From Pristiophorus japonicus (taxonomy: Eukaryota), in contig NC_091986.1 in the NCBI RefSeq assembly GCF_044704955.1, forward strand, positions 39,556,001-39,620,000: a DNA stretch of 64,000 bases, given 5' to 3'. Position 1 is the stretch's first letter, and each line of letters starts with the position of its first letter. A model generated the notes under the pieces. The model saw only the letters and a list, made by a program, of their open reading frames with translations, did not search any database and was not told the DNA's origin. A program made the translations under genes and the position numbers. Below are positions 11,874 to 24,075 of the stretch, one piece after another.

Positions 11874-13053
11874 AGTTAAATTTTATCTTTGCAAGAAGCT
11901 CAAAACGGCAGGAAGGCAGGCAGGACAGGTTCCTTGTTCTCTTTCCCCAAGGTCTGAATGGATGGACCACACCCAGGTCGTGTGACTTCTCCTCCCTCTC
12001 CCCTCCCCCCCCAACTAATTGCAGTCTTGTGCCTAGTGCAGCAGCCTTCCGATCACCACCTCCCTCTCCCCCCCGCCCCCCGGGGCTTGTTTTCCAGCTG
12101 AGCCCCGAGCCCCTGAGTCCGGGTGCAGGGCCGATTCTGATGGCCAATGCTATGACCCTCCAGCCCTGCTTGAAGGCATTCGGTGGTGACGTGTGAGTAT
12201 ACAAAAAATGAAAACTTCAGAAATCCAAGAACATTCCATGTATTCCGTTGAAAGGTAAAAAAAGTTGAACTTTATTATGGCTATTTCAAGTGTTAGAGAC
12301 TCCCTCCAAAAACTTTGATGTTAAAATGGCGTCTTTCAGAGCCAATTTTTCAATGTGCGCTGCTTTCTGTTCACTCACCAGAAGGTTTTTCGGGAATGGC
12401 CAGATACGCCGACCTAGGATAAAAAATTTGGGACAAACTGCAAAAAATGCTGAAAACAGGCACAGAAATGAGGGACATCAAAAAAACCTTAGATGGAAAA
12501 ATCGTAACTAAATCAGTTATCCGGCACAGATTTCAGGGGGAAACTTTGAATTAAATAATTATGCCAGAATAAACGCCGCGCGCAAAAAAAACGACGCGAA
12601 TGACCCGGGAAAATTGAGCCCCAAATCTGGGAAATTGAGCTCTCCCTGATTTCGCTGTCCAATGATGGTATTGTAAGCAACCAAGGCTGGTTTCCCTTCC
12701 CATAAAAACTTTATACAAGCCTCTCGGATGGACTTTTCTGCCCACTCAGGAATATCCTCCATCATCAAGAACTACCATAGCTTAGATAGCAGGAGAGCTG
12801 CCACCACTGTCGCTCTTCCTTGTACTTTCAACCACCTTCTTTCCCATCTTCCCAAAATCTTTTTAATTTTCTTAATTGATCCACTTCATCCCTATCCTTC
12901 TTGCACCACATACACTTCACCACCTTAAAAGGCGTTTCCTCCAACCACTCCCTGCTACTCCTTCCCACAACCAGGCCTTGGGACTTGCTATAATTCACTC
13001 TGGCTCAACAATACTCCTCCACTACTCCTCTAGCTTTCCTCACTGACTCCCCT

Positions 13054-13862
13054 GGGCCTAAATTCACCCCCGCCGGGGTCGGGGCACACTTACCGTGGTC
13101 CAGCTGTTTTCACCGCCACAATGGATGCAGTGGCCTCTTGCGCGAAATTCAGCCCTTTGCCTTTTTTTTCCAGCGGGGCGGAAGTCAGTCATAATCGGGG
13201 CAGAAGTGGAACGGGAGCGGAGCGGCCATCAATCTGGGAGCGGGAGTGGAACGTGAGCTGATAACGTCATCATGCTGGTACGTCGCCACATCCCTCCCAT
13301 TTACTTAAAGGGGAGGGTCACACTGAGCTCTGAGCTCTGGGCTCTCTGTTTATTTTAGTTAGGTCCACTGGGCCACCAGGGAGGGTTTCAGCCGGGCCAG
13401 TAGCCTGGCACCCAAGAGGGGTTGCCAGGCTGCCTGTTGGCGGCCTGGCCGAACCCAGGGATATAATTGTCGGGACAATCTGGCAGTCGGCCCAATGGAA
13501 AAAATTAAGATGGCGGCCGCGGCAGTGCAGCCTCCCCTTTAATTGAGGCCGCACCACCATTTTGCAAACACTGCAAACACAGTGCACCGACAGATAAAGC
13601 TGACGGGGGCACCTCAAGGCGGGCCGAGGATTTTTCCAGGTAAATTTTCCTTCAGGGCAGGAGATCAGTGGTGCGTGCTTTGATGACGCTCTTAGAAGGG
13701 GTTGGCAGCAGCAGGGCGGAAGTAGGGACCATCGGAAAAAACACCGAGGTAAATATCGCGAGCGGCGGCAATTCAACAAAAAAACTGGCGGGCATTCAAC
13801 ACTGCCGTGTGGCCGCCACTTTCCAGTGGTAAGAGGGCCTATCGGGAGGCTGAATTTTGGCC
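13054..13862. mobile_element. GC-rich non-autonomous DNA transposon (Harbinger-type MITE)
   Basis: Termini GGGCCTAAATTCA ... TGAATTTTGGCC; splits the Tx1 RT at LILKDG|ESVRK. Confidence 0.78.
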
Positions 13863-14833
13863 TCCCCATCTTTCAATATTAAGGTCGTGTCATCCACACA
13901 TTGGTGTATCACCGACACTTGCCCGGAACTGGGAACCGCAATCCCAGCTACGCCTTGTTCCTTTTGCATCATGTAACCTAATGGTTCTGCTACCAATCTG
14001 TACAACAATGGGGACAGGGGACAAACCTGTCTTGGAAAATACTTGGATAAAAAACCATTACATTTAACATAGCTAAATATGTTTGAAAAAAAAAATCCTT
14101 ATCCACTCAATGACATTTTTCCTGAAACCAAATTCTTCCAAAACCATCAACAAAAACTCATGAGACTTCATCAAATGCTTTTGCTTGATTTATCTTTAGC
14201 ACATAAGCTTCCTTCCCATTCTCTTCCATGAGTTCCATCGCATCTCGGATTGAGACCACAGAGTCTGCGATGTCCCGGCCAATGACTCCATTGGTATGAG
14301 AGAGCAAAACTATCTGTGGCATCACCTCCTTCATACGATTTGCCATAACCCTCGCCAAGATCTTATAATCCACATTTAATAATGTGATGGGCCTCCAATT
14401 GTTCAGATCCCTTCTATCCCCTTTATTTTTATAAGCTAAGCTTATGATACCTCTCCTCATAGATGGGGCCAGGCTTCCCTCAGTTTTAATCTCCTTAAAA
14501 ACCTCTAAGACCAATGGACTTAAAATCTCTAAAAATTCTTTATAAAATTCTGCACTTAGTCCATTGGACCCTGGGCTTTCCCCCACCCTCATTCTACTTA
14601 TTGCTACTTTTATTTCTGCTAATCCTACTTCTTTGTCACACATGCTTCTCTCATCCTCCTTTAAACCCTCTTCAATAAAAGCACTAACCTTCTCCATCGC
14701 CAATTTGGAAATGTCTTCTTTTGTATATAACTCTTGTTAAAAGCTACTAGCTGCCTCCATAACTTTCCCACTTTCATTAATGATCTTTTCCCCAACCTTC
14801 AACTTTCCAATTAATGATAACCTTTGTTGCTAT

Positions 14834-16467
14834 TGTAGAATTTACCAATATTTCGCAAAGATTCCTTGTACCTTTCCCCTGCAGAGGAGAAGAATCCCTT
14901 TCTGGACTTTTAAAATGGAAGGAAAAATCTCAGGACACAAATGAGTTTAAATGGGCAGACGAGGCCTGCAGGGGATAAAAGGGGATGCATTCATGGAGAC
15001 CCCCTCCCCGCCCCCGCCCAGTGTTTGGACTCATAGGAAAGGGAATTTAATTTGGAACTCGATGAACATTTTGATATCCTGTGAAAAATTCTGAGGAAGA
15101 TACCTAAGAGCTTTACAAGTTTAAGATCTCTAAAGGAGCATGTTGGAAGAGACTGCCAGAACAGAGGGTGGGACTTCACTCAGGAATCGGGTATTGAAGC
15201 TAATTCGATCTGTCTGAGAGAATGAGTCGATCGATAACTAACAAGAACTGTGAGACATAAAAATTCGCTCCCTAGTGACAATAAACGCATCAAGAGCTAT
15301 CAGGCTAATCACCGGAGACCATTAGTGGTTTGCATGTGCAAATAGACCGAAAGAAATCACGGGCCCAGCCCAACGGCCCAAGAGTTTAAACACTGCTCCA
15401 ACAATGCCAACAGGTGATTTTCCACATTAACACATCATAATCAAATTACTGCTGAACAAGCCCGACAAATTCTGACAAAGAAGAGAGTTCAAAACTAATG
15501 AGCAGCTCCCTTGAAACAAAGAGCTTGGTCAGATTTGGTGGAAGATAAGGAAGCCTTTTTGGGGTATATCTATTCCCAGTTTTACAAGCAAAAGAACTCA
15601 AGCAGCCAGAGGTGGGGAATGAAGAAATGGAGTAGTGGAGAAAACTACAAGAAATCATCAAGGACCGACCGAGCACGAGGCCCACGAAACGGAAGGTTGT
15701 CAGCAACCAAATTGACAACCCAGGCCACCACAACCAGCGAAACGACCAACCGAAACCAACTCAGCAAAAACTGAAGAATCGACATTTATTTCCACTCTAC
15801 AATCTACTTCTGAATGACCAACAGGTGAGAAATTACCAAAAAGGACTAACTAAAACTATTCCTAACCAAAGAAAGTGGGTACTTACCCCATACATCCAAA
15901 ACACAACTTACCGCACCAACGGACTCACCCCAACTGAAGACTACGCAGTCCGAAGTCCTCTCCTCCGTCCATGGTATGGCTTGCCTAGAAGGCCAAGTGC
16001 AGCAAACCCTGAAACCGCGATTCACCAGCAAACTGTCAAAAGGGATTGGTGAGCATAGCCCCTGAACCCCCAGAGCTATAACTTAGTTGGTTAGAGGAAT
16101 TGGGAGGGGGAGGCTGGGATAACTTGTGTATATGTATCTGTATTCTCCTCTTTACCCTATTTAGAGTTTAAACTGTATTCCTTTCCCCACAGGCTGTATT
16201 TTGACATTTTATTCAACGTGTTGTACCCCTCAGTGTGTATTGGTATCACTATTCTGTGTGTGTTATTAAAGGTGTGCCTTTTACTTCCTTTTAAACACAA
16301 TAAAACCATACCTGCTTCCTACCTTGAAACCGATTGTCTGTCCAAGTCTGTCAAGTCTCTTCATAATTCCAGAGTCTAGAACCAAGGGTGTGGTAGCGAT
16401 TCGAAACTGCTCATATAAGGTCAGAAGGGAAAGCTGACCCCTCCCCCCTCGAAGACCACCCCTTACA
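14834..16467 (+). mobile_element. Long solo LTR (1634 bp)
   Basis: TGTA...TACA termini; 4-bp TSD CTAT (14830-14833 and 16468-16471); AATAAA near 16299; Tx1 sequence rejoins across it. Confidence 0.82.
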
Positions 16468-17424
16468 CTATTGCTCTAGAAAATATCTAGTGCATCATTC
16501 TACCTCCAAGGCATCTTTAGCCTTTGCATGGAGTATTGCCCCCTTGCATTTTTCAGCTTGCAATAATTCCCACTCTTACTTTAAAACATTCCACTTAATC
16601 TCTGTTCCCTTATCCCCTCCGTCAACTACTTTACAGATATCTGTCAACCTTTTGTTTATATTCTCTTCCAGACAATGGTTAGCTGTTGCTCTTTCTTTCC
16701 CATAACGTACCAAAATTTTTTTACCTCTTATTTGAAATTGTCCCAACAAACTCTTTTTTCCTTCAAGAATAAAGGTTCATTCTGAGCATTCTTTATTATA
16801 TTTAAAACCTCCTTCTTTAAAAGCAATTTCTTTCAGTGCAGATTGTTTAAAATCCACATGCCTGGACCGATCTTAACTCTGCTGTTCCTAATTTTAAGAA
16901 CCAAAGCTGAGCGGTTAGTAAAAAATACTTTTTTATAATAAATCTCCGTCACCTCAGAACTTAACCCTTCCTGCATTAACACAAAATCTATTCGGCTGTT
17001 TTAAAACGTCATCCACACAACCTCTTCTGGAAAACTTCCTTTTTATAGGGTTCCGATCCCTCCATAATCTCTCAAAATTAAATTTGCCATCATTTTTACA
17101 ATCATCGCTCTGGAGTTATCATCCTTAAAGATCATCTGGACTGAAATGTCCATCTGAGATAAAAATACATGAAAATCCCCCACTATACAAGGGTTTTCCG
17201 CCTCTGCCACTTCTTGAATAACCACCGAAAAAACTCACGTCGCTTACAATGGTCATTCGGCGCATAGAAATTAAAGAGATCACAATTCAATTCCTCCATT
17301 TGTACCTTTACCTGTAAAAATCTTCCCTCAGTGTCCTTGTTCACCAATGCAACATTCTCTTTTATGGGCAAATTCACTAAAACAGCCATCCCTCTACGGT
17401 TATTATTTGCGCAACAGAGAGCCA

Positions 17425-17885
17425 GTATTTAACGGATGATACCAGAATTGAAAGGTTGTACCTATTGGGAAAGGTTGAACAGGCTGGATTCTCTAGAAAA
17501 AAGACTGAGGGGTGACCTGTTGGAGTTCCTTAAAATTAGAAAGGGGATCGATAGGGTAGACATAGAGAAGATGTTTCCACTTGTAGGGGAGACTAGAATT
17601 AGGGCCATAAATATAAGAAAGTCACTAATAAATCCAATTAAGGAAGCTTCTTTACCCAGAGAGTGGTTAGAATGTGGAACTCACTACCACATGGAATAGT
17701 TGAGGCGAATAGCTTAGATTCAACTAAGGAGAAGATAGATAAACACATGAGGGAGAAAGGAATAGAAGGTTATGTTGATAGGGTGAGATGAAGAGGGGTG
17801 GGAGGGGGATCGTGTGGAGAATAAACACCGGCACGGACCTGTTGGACCGAATGGCCTGTTTCTGTGCTGTAAAATTCTATGTAAT
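17425..17885 (+). mobile_element. CR1-like LINE 3' fragment
   Basis: MIPELKG..Y.ERLNRL..LEKRLRGDL, the CR1 ORF2 C-terminus; 3'UTR GGACCGAATGGCCTG and ATTCTATG tail. Confidence 0.82.
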
Positions 17886-19317
17886 TTTGCCTTTTATGGT
17901 GCATTATTTGTAAATTATAAGTCGTCAATGACAGTTATAATTTATTGCAATTTCTAGTCATCCTTTCTGAAATTTATGCTCACAAAGACACTTCTGATTC
18001 TGTATGACTGACTGATAATAAAAGAGGAATTTTTTGCTACACACTGCATGATAATATGACCAAATGCTCCCTTATTTAGCATGTTTTTATTCCATCCAAT
18101 GCAAGGCAAAAATACAGCAGATCTAACACCAACTCACATTTTTTGAGATCAAACATGAAAGATGCATGAAAATTGAATTTGTTTGCTTCGAAGAGTTCAC
18201 CAATCTCAAAACAAAACAAATGAAACATAGAACTTAATGTCTTTTTCAGTACATAAAATGTCACTTCCAGCACCAATCTGTACAACAGCTGTTGCATCAC
18301 CTCCCAGAGTGACCTCTGTCAGTCAGTTCTGGTCGCAACTAGTCCACGTCTGGTACCAGCCAGGCTAATTACTGAATGCATATCATAAACAAGTATCAGC
18401 CATTTACTGGAGGCAATTTGAAAGCGAGGTCACCCATGAAAAGTTATTTGTCACTTTGTACTTCATAATTAAGCACAGTGCCAATATACTGAGAACTGCC
18501 CATAAGGTGCTATTTCAATCAAAGCTGTACTGCAACAGTAAATACTTTTAAATGAGAGTCGTGGAACTATACCAAGTACAGTTCAGGATTGGAGTATGAA
18601 TTATGCATGGGCATGTACACTGAGGTATAGAACTATAAAAACATTTTTTTTTGGAATTGGAAAGAAGAAAGGCAATCAAAATACATCACGGTTGTAATAG
18701 AGCTCCCCCTAGTGGACTATTGCTCCACCTAGTGGTCAACTGAGGTACTGCAACTACTGATGCAAATAATAAAGGATCATGTGGCAAGGTTACATGATGA
18801 CAGTCTTCTGTTGAGAGACATCTTGTGTGTAATGTGTTTGTTAGTGATGTCATAAGAATATAACATGCTGGCAAAATAGAATGGGATTTCGGGATGCCCC
18901 AGCTGATATTTTTGTTGGTGGATAATCCAGCCAGTTGACATAGATACTTAGGGCTAGAAATTTCACATTTAAGAATAGCATAGTTTTTTGGCTCTATTTG
19001 TGAATAACAGCTGTTTTTTATGCCGAAATAACGGCAAAAAAAATAAGGCCTGAGTTTTGTCAAAAGTTTTAAAAATTTTGGTGTAGTGTTGAAATACCTC
19101 CATTTTTAAGGATGGAGATACATTTTTCGCATTAAAAATAAAACCCATTTCTGCCCATGCGCAAAAAAAGAAGAAAAAAAAATTGCCGGTTTTCCATGTG
19201 ACGGTTGTGCCCGCGCATGCGCAGTACACTTCCTGGTCTGGATCGGCCATTTTTAAAGACCACTGTAAGTTCCAGGAGAATTGTGGGTACTTCCACATAG
19301 GAGCTGCAAAATGAAAA

Positions 19318-20975
19318 ATGGAGGGTAATTTGGGAAGGAAAAGGGTCAGGAAGTTTAACGAAGATGCCAATGAGGCCTTGATAGGCACTGTGGAAAGAGG
19401 ATGGCACCAGATTAGCAAGAAGGGTTCTGGTAAACTTAAACCAGCAGCAATAGCTCAAGTTTGGCAATGCATTACTGAATAGGATTCCTCAGTGGGGTCC
19501 ATCAAGAGGACTGGCCAGCAGTGCCAGAAGAAGTGGCAGGACCTTTGCCAAACAGTTAGAGTAAGTAATAATTTTATTTCTGCACTACAATTACTTGAAT
19601 TGTAAATGTGACTATCTGTGTGTGCCACAAAAGCAGATTACCCCTCTCTTAAAAGATTCTGTTGCCATCTTTGTAGAATAAGGTGTCCGACAACCACGGA
19701 GAGCGGATGAAAACTGGTGGAGGTCCGCCAAGACTGCGCTCACTAATAGCCTTGGAAAGTAGAAGCACAGGTATTATTGGTGGATCCCATAGATCAACCA
19801 CCCATGCGGATGCTGGGCCCAGGTTGCAGACAGAGGGTAAGTCCTGCAAAATCCAGTCTGGGTTGGCACAAGAGGGCTAGGTTTCGGTTTATGTGATGTA
19901 CTCTCCGTTAGCTACGCTTCGATTTATGTGAGGTACTTATCATTCATCATGGTCCTTCAAATGAGCCTGCACTATGTGAGCCTACTCATGTCACCCTGTC
20001 CCCTCCCCTGCTCCTAACATTCGTCTGTTCTGTTATATTTTGCAGATGTTTCACAGACATCCAATAATGACGGAGAAGACCCGCCACCTTGCCACAAGCA
20101 GAAGTGGATGACCCCGACAACCTCGGCCATACTGAACAAGTTCCACAGAGCGATCAGGAGGAGGACAAGGAAGAGAATGAGGAGGAGCAGGAGGCCGATA
20201 ATATTTTTCATGAGGGGGGCGGAGGAGGAGGATGATCAGACGGTGATATTACAATTGGAGGAGGTACAGGCCACGGATGTACCAAGCGTTTTCAACAGCT
20301 CTACGCGCGAGGGGACATTTCTGGGTTGTCCATCCTATGAGGTCATGGTTTCCAGTGGGTTGCAGCAAAGCACACCCAGGGCAGCAGCAGGCCTGTCTGC
20401 ACAGGTGAGGAGGAAGAGACCTGAACAGTGCTCTCCTGAAATGCAGGCAACACGGTAGGTGTTAGAGCTCATGGGAATGAGTGGGGAGAGCGTTCAGCTT
20501 ACAAAATCGCTCTTTGTGGCCATGGTTGGGATCAAGGGAGAAATAACAACACAATCTGCTGACATTAGGGAGGGCATGTCAGGAGGAATAGCAGCACTAT
20601 CTGCAGGCATGTCGGAGATAGTCACTGCATTGCAGGAACACACCCAGGCAGTCATTGCCCAGCGACCATTGACGGCATCAAATGATGCCACTCCTACTCC
20701 AATCCCCAGACCAATCTCACCAGTCAGTGTCAGTGTGCAGGTTGACCTACAGGCTGAGGAGTCCCAAGCTGGGCCTTCCACAGCCACAGGTTTTCAAGGG
20801 CTTCCATTGCCATCTCCTGCATCAGTCCCTTAACAAGCGCAGCACCCTACCCGAGACACTATCAGAAACCTTGGGCTCACCGGGAAATGGCCTAAGGCTA
20901 AAGAAACAGCCAAGGCTCGAGACAAGTCCAAGAAGGGTGAGGGCACGATGGTTTTTAAGTAAGGGGGAGAGATGA
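19318..20975 (+). pseudogene. Harbinger Myb/SANT-like protein, three exons (19318-19560, 19677-19836, 20046-about 20975)
   Basis: RKFNEDANEALI...W....QVWQCI.....RTGQQCQKKWQDL; exon 2 MKTGGGPP..L.ALE; GTAAGT donors and TAG/CAG acceptors at the same positions as copy 1; stops and frameshifts. Confidence 0.85.
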
Positions 20976-21210
20976 CTGCAGCTGAAGTTTGTTTGCTGCT
21001 GCTGCTGTTGTTGTTTTGCTGTTGATTTGTTCTTCTTTTATTGTTATTTAAGTGATGTTAATTTAAAAGTTTAAAGTTTAATATAATTTTTTTTAATGAA
21101 ATTTAAGTACAAGTGTACAAATGTTTAAGAAACTGCAAATAATTTTTTCTATGAAAGCAAACTTATGTAGTGTCTCATTCGCAGAATAACAGGTTGAAAT
21201 AGTCAACTTG

Positions 21211-23047
21211 GAAACATAGAAACATAGAAAGTAGGTGCAGGAGTAGGCCATTCGGCCCTTCGAGCCTGCACCACCATTCAATATGATCATGGCTGATGAT
21301 GCAACTTCAGTACCCCATTGCTGCCTTTTTTCCATACCAATTATCCCTTTAGCAGTAAGGGCCACATCTAACTCCCTTTTGAATATATCGAACGAACTGG
21401 ACTCAACAACTTTCTGTGGTAGAGAATTCCATAGGTTCACAATTCTCTAAGTGAAGAAGTTTCTCCTCATCTCGATCCTAGATAGCTTACCCTTATCCTT
21501 AGACTGTGACCACTGGTTCTGGACTTCCCCAACATCGGGAACATTCTTCCTGCATCTAACCTGTCCAATCCCATCAGAATTTTATATGCTTCTATGAGAT
21601 CCCCTCTCATTCTTCTAAATTCCAGTGAACATAAGCCTAGTCGATCCAATCTTTCTTCATATGTCAGTCCTGCCATCCCGGGAATCAGTCTGGTGGACCT
21701 TCGCTGCATTCCCTCAATAGCAAGAATGTCCTTCCTCAGATTAGGAGACCAAAACTGCACACAATACTCAAGGTGTGGTCTCACCAAGGCCCTGTGCAAC
21801 TGCAGTAAGACCTCCCTGCTCCTGTACTCAAATCCTCTCGCTATGAAGGCCAACATGCCATTTGCTTTCTTTACTGCCTGCTGTACCTGCATGCCTACTT
21901 TCAATGACTGATGTACCATGACACCCAGGTCTCGTTGCACCTCCCCTTTTACTAATCTGTCACCATTCAGATAATAATCTGCCTTCCTGTTTTTGTCACC
22001 AAAGTGGATAACCTCACATTTATCCACATTATACTGCATCTGCCATGCATTTGCCCACTCACCTAACCTATCCAAGTCACCCTGCAGCCTCTTAGCATCC
22101 TCCTCACAGCTCACACTGCCACCCAGCTTAGTGCCATCTGCAAACTTGGAGATATTACATTCAATTCCTTCATCTAAATCATTAATATATATTGTAAATA
22201 GCTGGGGTCCCAGCACTGAACCTTGCGGTACCCCACGAGTCACTGCCTGCCATTCTGAAAAGGACTCGTTTATTCCCACTCTTTGCTTCCTGTCTGCCAA
22301 CCAGTTAGCTATCCACATCAATACATTACCCCAAAACCATGTGCCTTAATTTAGCACATGGTTTTGGGGTAATGTATTGATGTGGATAGCTCTTGTGTGG
22401 GACCTTGTCAAAAGCCTTTTGAAAGTCCAAATACACCACATCCACTGGTTCTCCCTTATCCTCTCTACTAGTTACCACTCAAAAATTTCTAGAAGATTTC
22501 TTATGCATGATTTCCCTTTCATAAATCCATGCTGACTTGGACCGATCCTGTCACTGCTTTCCAAATGCGTTGCTATTTCATCTTTAATAATTGATTTCAG
22601 CATTTTCCCCACTACCGATCTCAGGCTAACCGGTCTATAATTCCCTGTTTTCTCTCCCTCCTTTTTTTTAAAAATGGGGTTACATTAGCTAACCTCCAAT
22701 CCATAGGAACTGATCCAGAGTTCATGGAATGTTGGAAAATGACCACCAATGCATCTACTATTTCTAGGGCCACTTTCTTAAGTACTCTGGGATGCAGACT
22801 ATCAGGCCCTGGGGATTTATCAGCCTTCAATCCCATCAATTTCCCTAACACCATTTCCTGACTAATAAGGATTTCCCTCAGTTCCCTCAGTTCCTACTTC
22901 TCACTAGACGCGCGGATCTCTAGTATTTTCGAGAGGTTATTTGTGTCTTCCTTAGTGAAGACAGAACCAAAGTACTTGTTCAATTGGTCTGCCATTTTCT
23001 TGTTCCCCATTATGAATTCACCTGGTTCTGACTGCAAGGGACCTACA
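21211..23047 (-). mobile_element. CR1 LINE, 5'-truncated (RT region)
   Basis: [53 protein letters not shown]; (AGAAACAT)n tail on the plus strand at 21211. Confidence 0.95.
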
Positions 23048-23126
23048 TGGTGCGATACAGTGAGCACTCCAGGGTGAAACATGCCGGTCAGCCTTCATGC
23101 AAAGCGGTGAAGTATCAGCTACTTAT

Positions 23127-24075
23127 TCAAGGCACTTGCAATGGTGTAACGTTCACGAAGCCTCCTTCCACGTCGTCCTGCAGGTTGTAGTGGTGGCATG
23201 GGTTCCTCGTCTCCTCCTCCTCCCCTCTCTCCTGAAGTGGTTCTGCAGTCCCCAGTGGCAAATCATGTTCCCTCATGATCGCAAAGTTGTGTAGCATGCA
23301 GCACACCACAGTGAACTCAGCGACCTGCTGAGGGGAATATTGCAGGGAGCCTCCAGAGTGGTCCAGGCATCGCACTCCAATTGTCTCCTCAACGATGTTG
23401 CGTGTGGCTATATGGCAGATATTGTAGCGATGCTCGCCTCCTGTCTGCATTTTGTGAAGGCGGGTTCATGAGCCAGGTGGAGAGCCCATAACCTTTGTCC
23501 CCCAGCATCCAGCTCTGCCCTTCTGGCTGCTGCTCAAACATCTGTGAGACAATGACAGCCTGTATCTTGGGGAAGGTGGAAATTTGTGCAAAGCCTACAG
23601 CCCTTCATTCTGTGCCTCCCTGGGTCATTGGGAAGTTGATGAAGTCGTCCCTACGTGCAAACAGTGCAACAGTCACCTGGCAAATGCAGCTATGTGTAGC
23701 GTGCTGCGAGATGCAGCATATATCCCCAGTTGATGCCTGAAAGGAGCCAGTTACACAGAAGGCAAGTGCCGCAGTCACCTTGACCTAGACGGGCAGTGCA
23801 ATCCTTCTCCTGCTGGTAGGCTGTAGGTCTGCCTTTATGAGCTGGCATATCTCTGTGACCACCTCTTTTCGAAAGCGCAGCCTTCGAACGCACTGCGCCT
23901 CAGTCAGGTGGAGGTATGAGTGCCTCTCCCTGTAAACTCGGGGGTATGGCCTCTTCCCCTTAAGTCTGCGACCTCTATCATTATGCTGATAATGCTGTCG
24001 AATAAGCCGCCTTCTATGATAATCCAGGATAAAATAATCACTCATCACATATGGCAAAGATAGAAGAGCCCTCAT
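23127..24075 (-). pseudogene. Harbinger (HARBI1-like) DDE transposase with internal deletion and stops
   Basis: VKVTAALAF..TGSFQ..GDICCISQ; WMLGDKGY; HIATRNIVE.TIG; RCLDHSGGSLQYSP; CCMLHN. The GAIDCTH block with the first catalytic D is missing. Confidence 0.9.

Larger units (their letters stand above)
9219..12622. mobile_element. PIF/Harbinger DNA transposon, copy 1 (internally deleted)
   Basis: TIRs GGGCTCAATTTTCC ... GGAAAATTGAGCCC; convergent Myb/SANT and HARBI1-like genes; interrupts the Tx1 LINE. Confidence 0.9.
7866..17420 (-). mobile_element. Tx1/L1-clade LINE ORF2 (APE endonuclease and RT), decayed, in four pieces: about 7866-9218, 12623-13053, 13863-14833, 16468-17420
   Basis: EGRFL..NFYAPND, CIVGDF, SRIDF (endonuclease); SPGSNGLSAEFYK, NWRPITLLNVDYKILA, QAKAFD, QCVDDTT (RT); FLWEGK..GELNFPDL, PLFWN (C-terminus). 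Protein continuity is restored when the inserts are removed. Confidence 0.9.

Noticed and set aside
11985-12130. C-rich tract that could form a G-quadruplex on the minus strand
   Set aside because: Low-complexity sequence in the transposon leader; no evidence of function from sequence alone
13318-13869. 183-aa minus-strand ORF
   Set aside because: Lies inside a GC-rich MITE, has no recognisable domain, and is expected by chance at high GC
18076-18430. Possible host exon (TTTTTCAG acceptor near 18249; 74-aa minus ORF)
   Set aside because: No open frame bounded by convincing splice sites on both sides and no recognisable protein
21594-22349. Recurrent antisense ORFs over CR1 copies (also 48140-48358, 51554-52258)
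   Set aside because: Shadow frames of the RT coding strand, repeated only because the LINE is repeated
23127-24075. Domesticated host HARBI1 or NAIF1/MSANTD genes
   Set aside because: Enclosed by TIRs, contain stops and deletions, and occur as two related copies, so these are transposon genes
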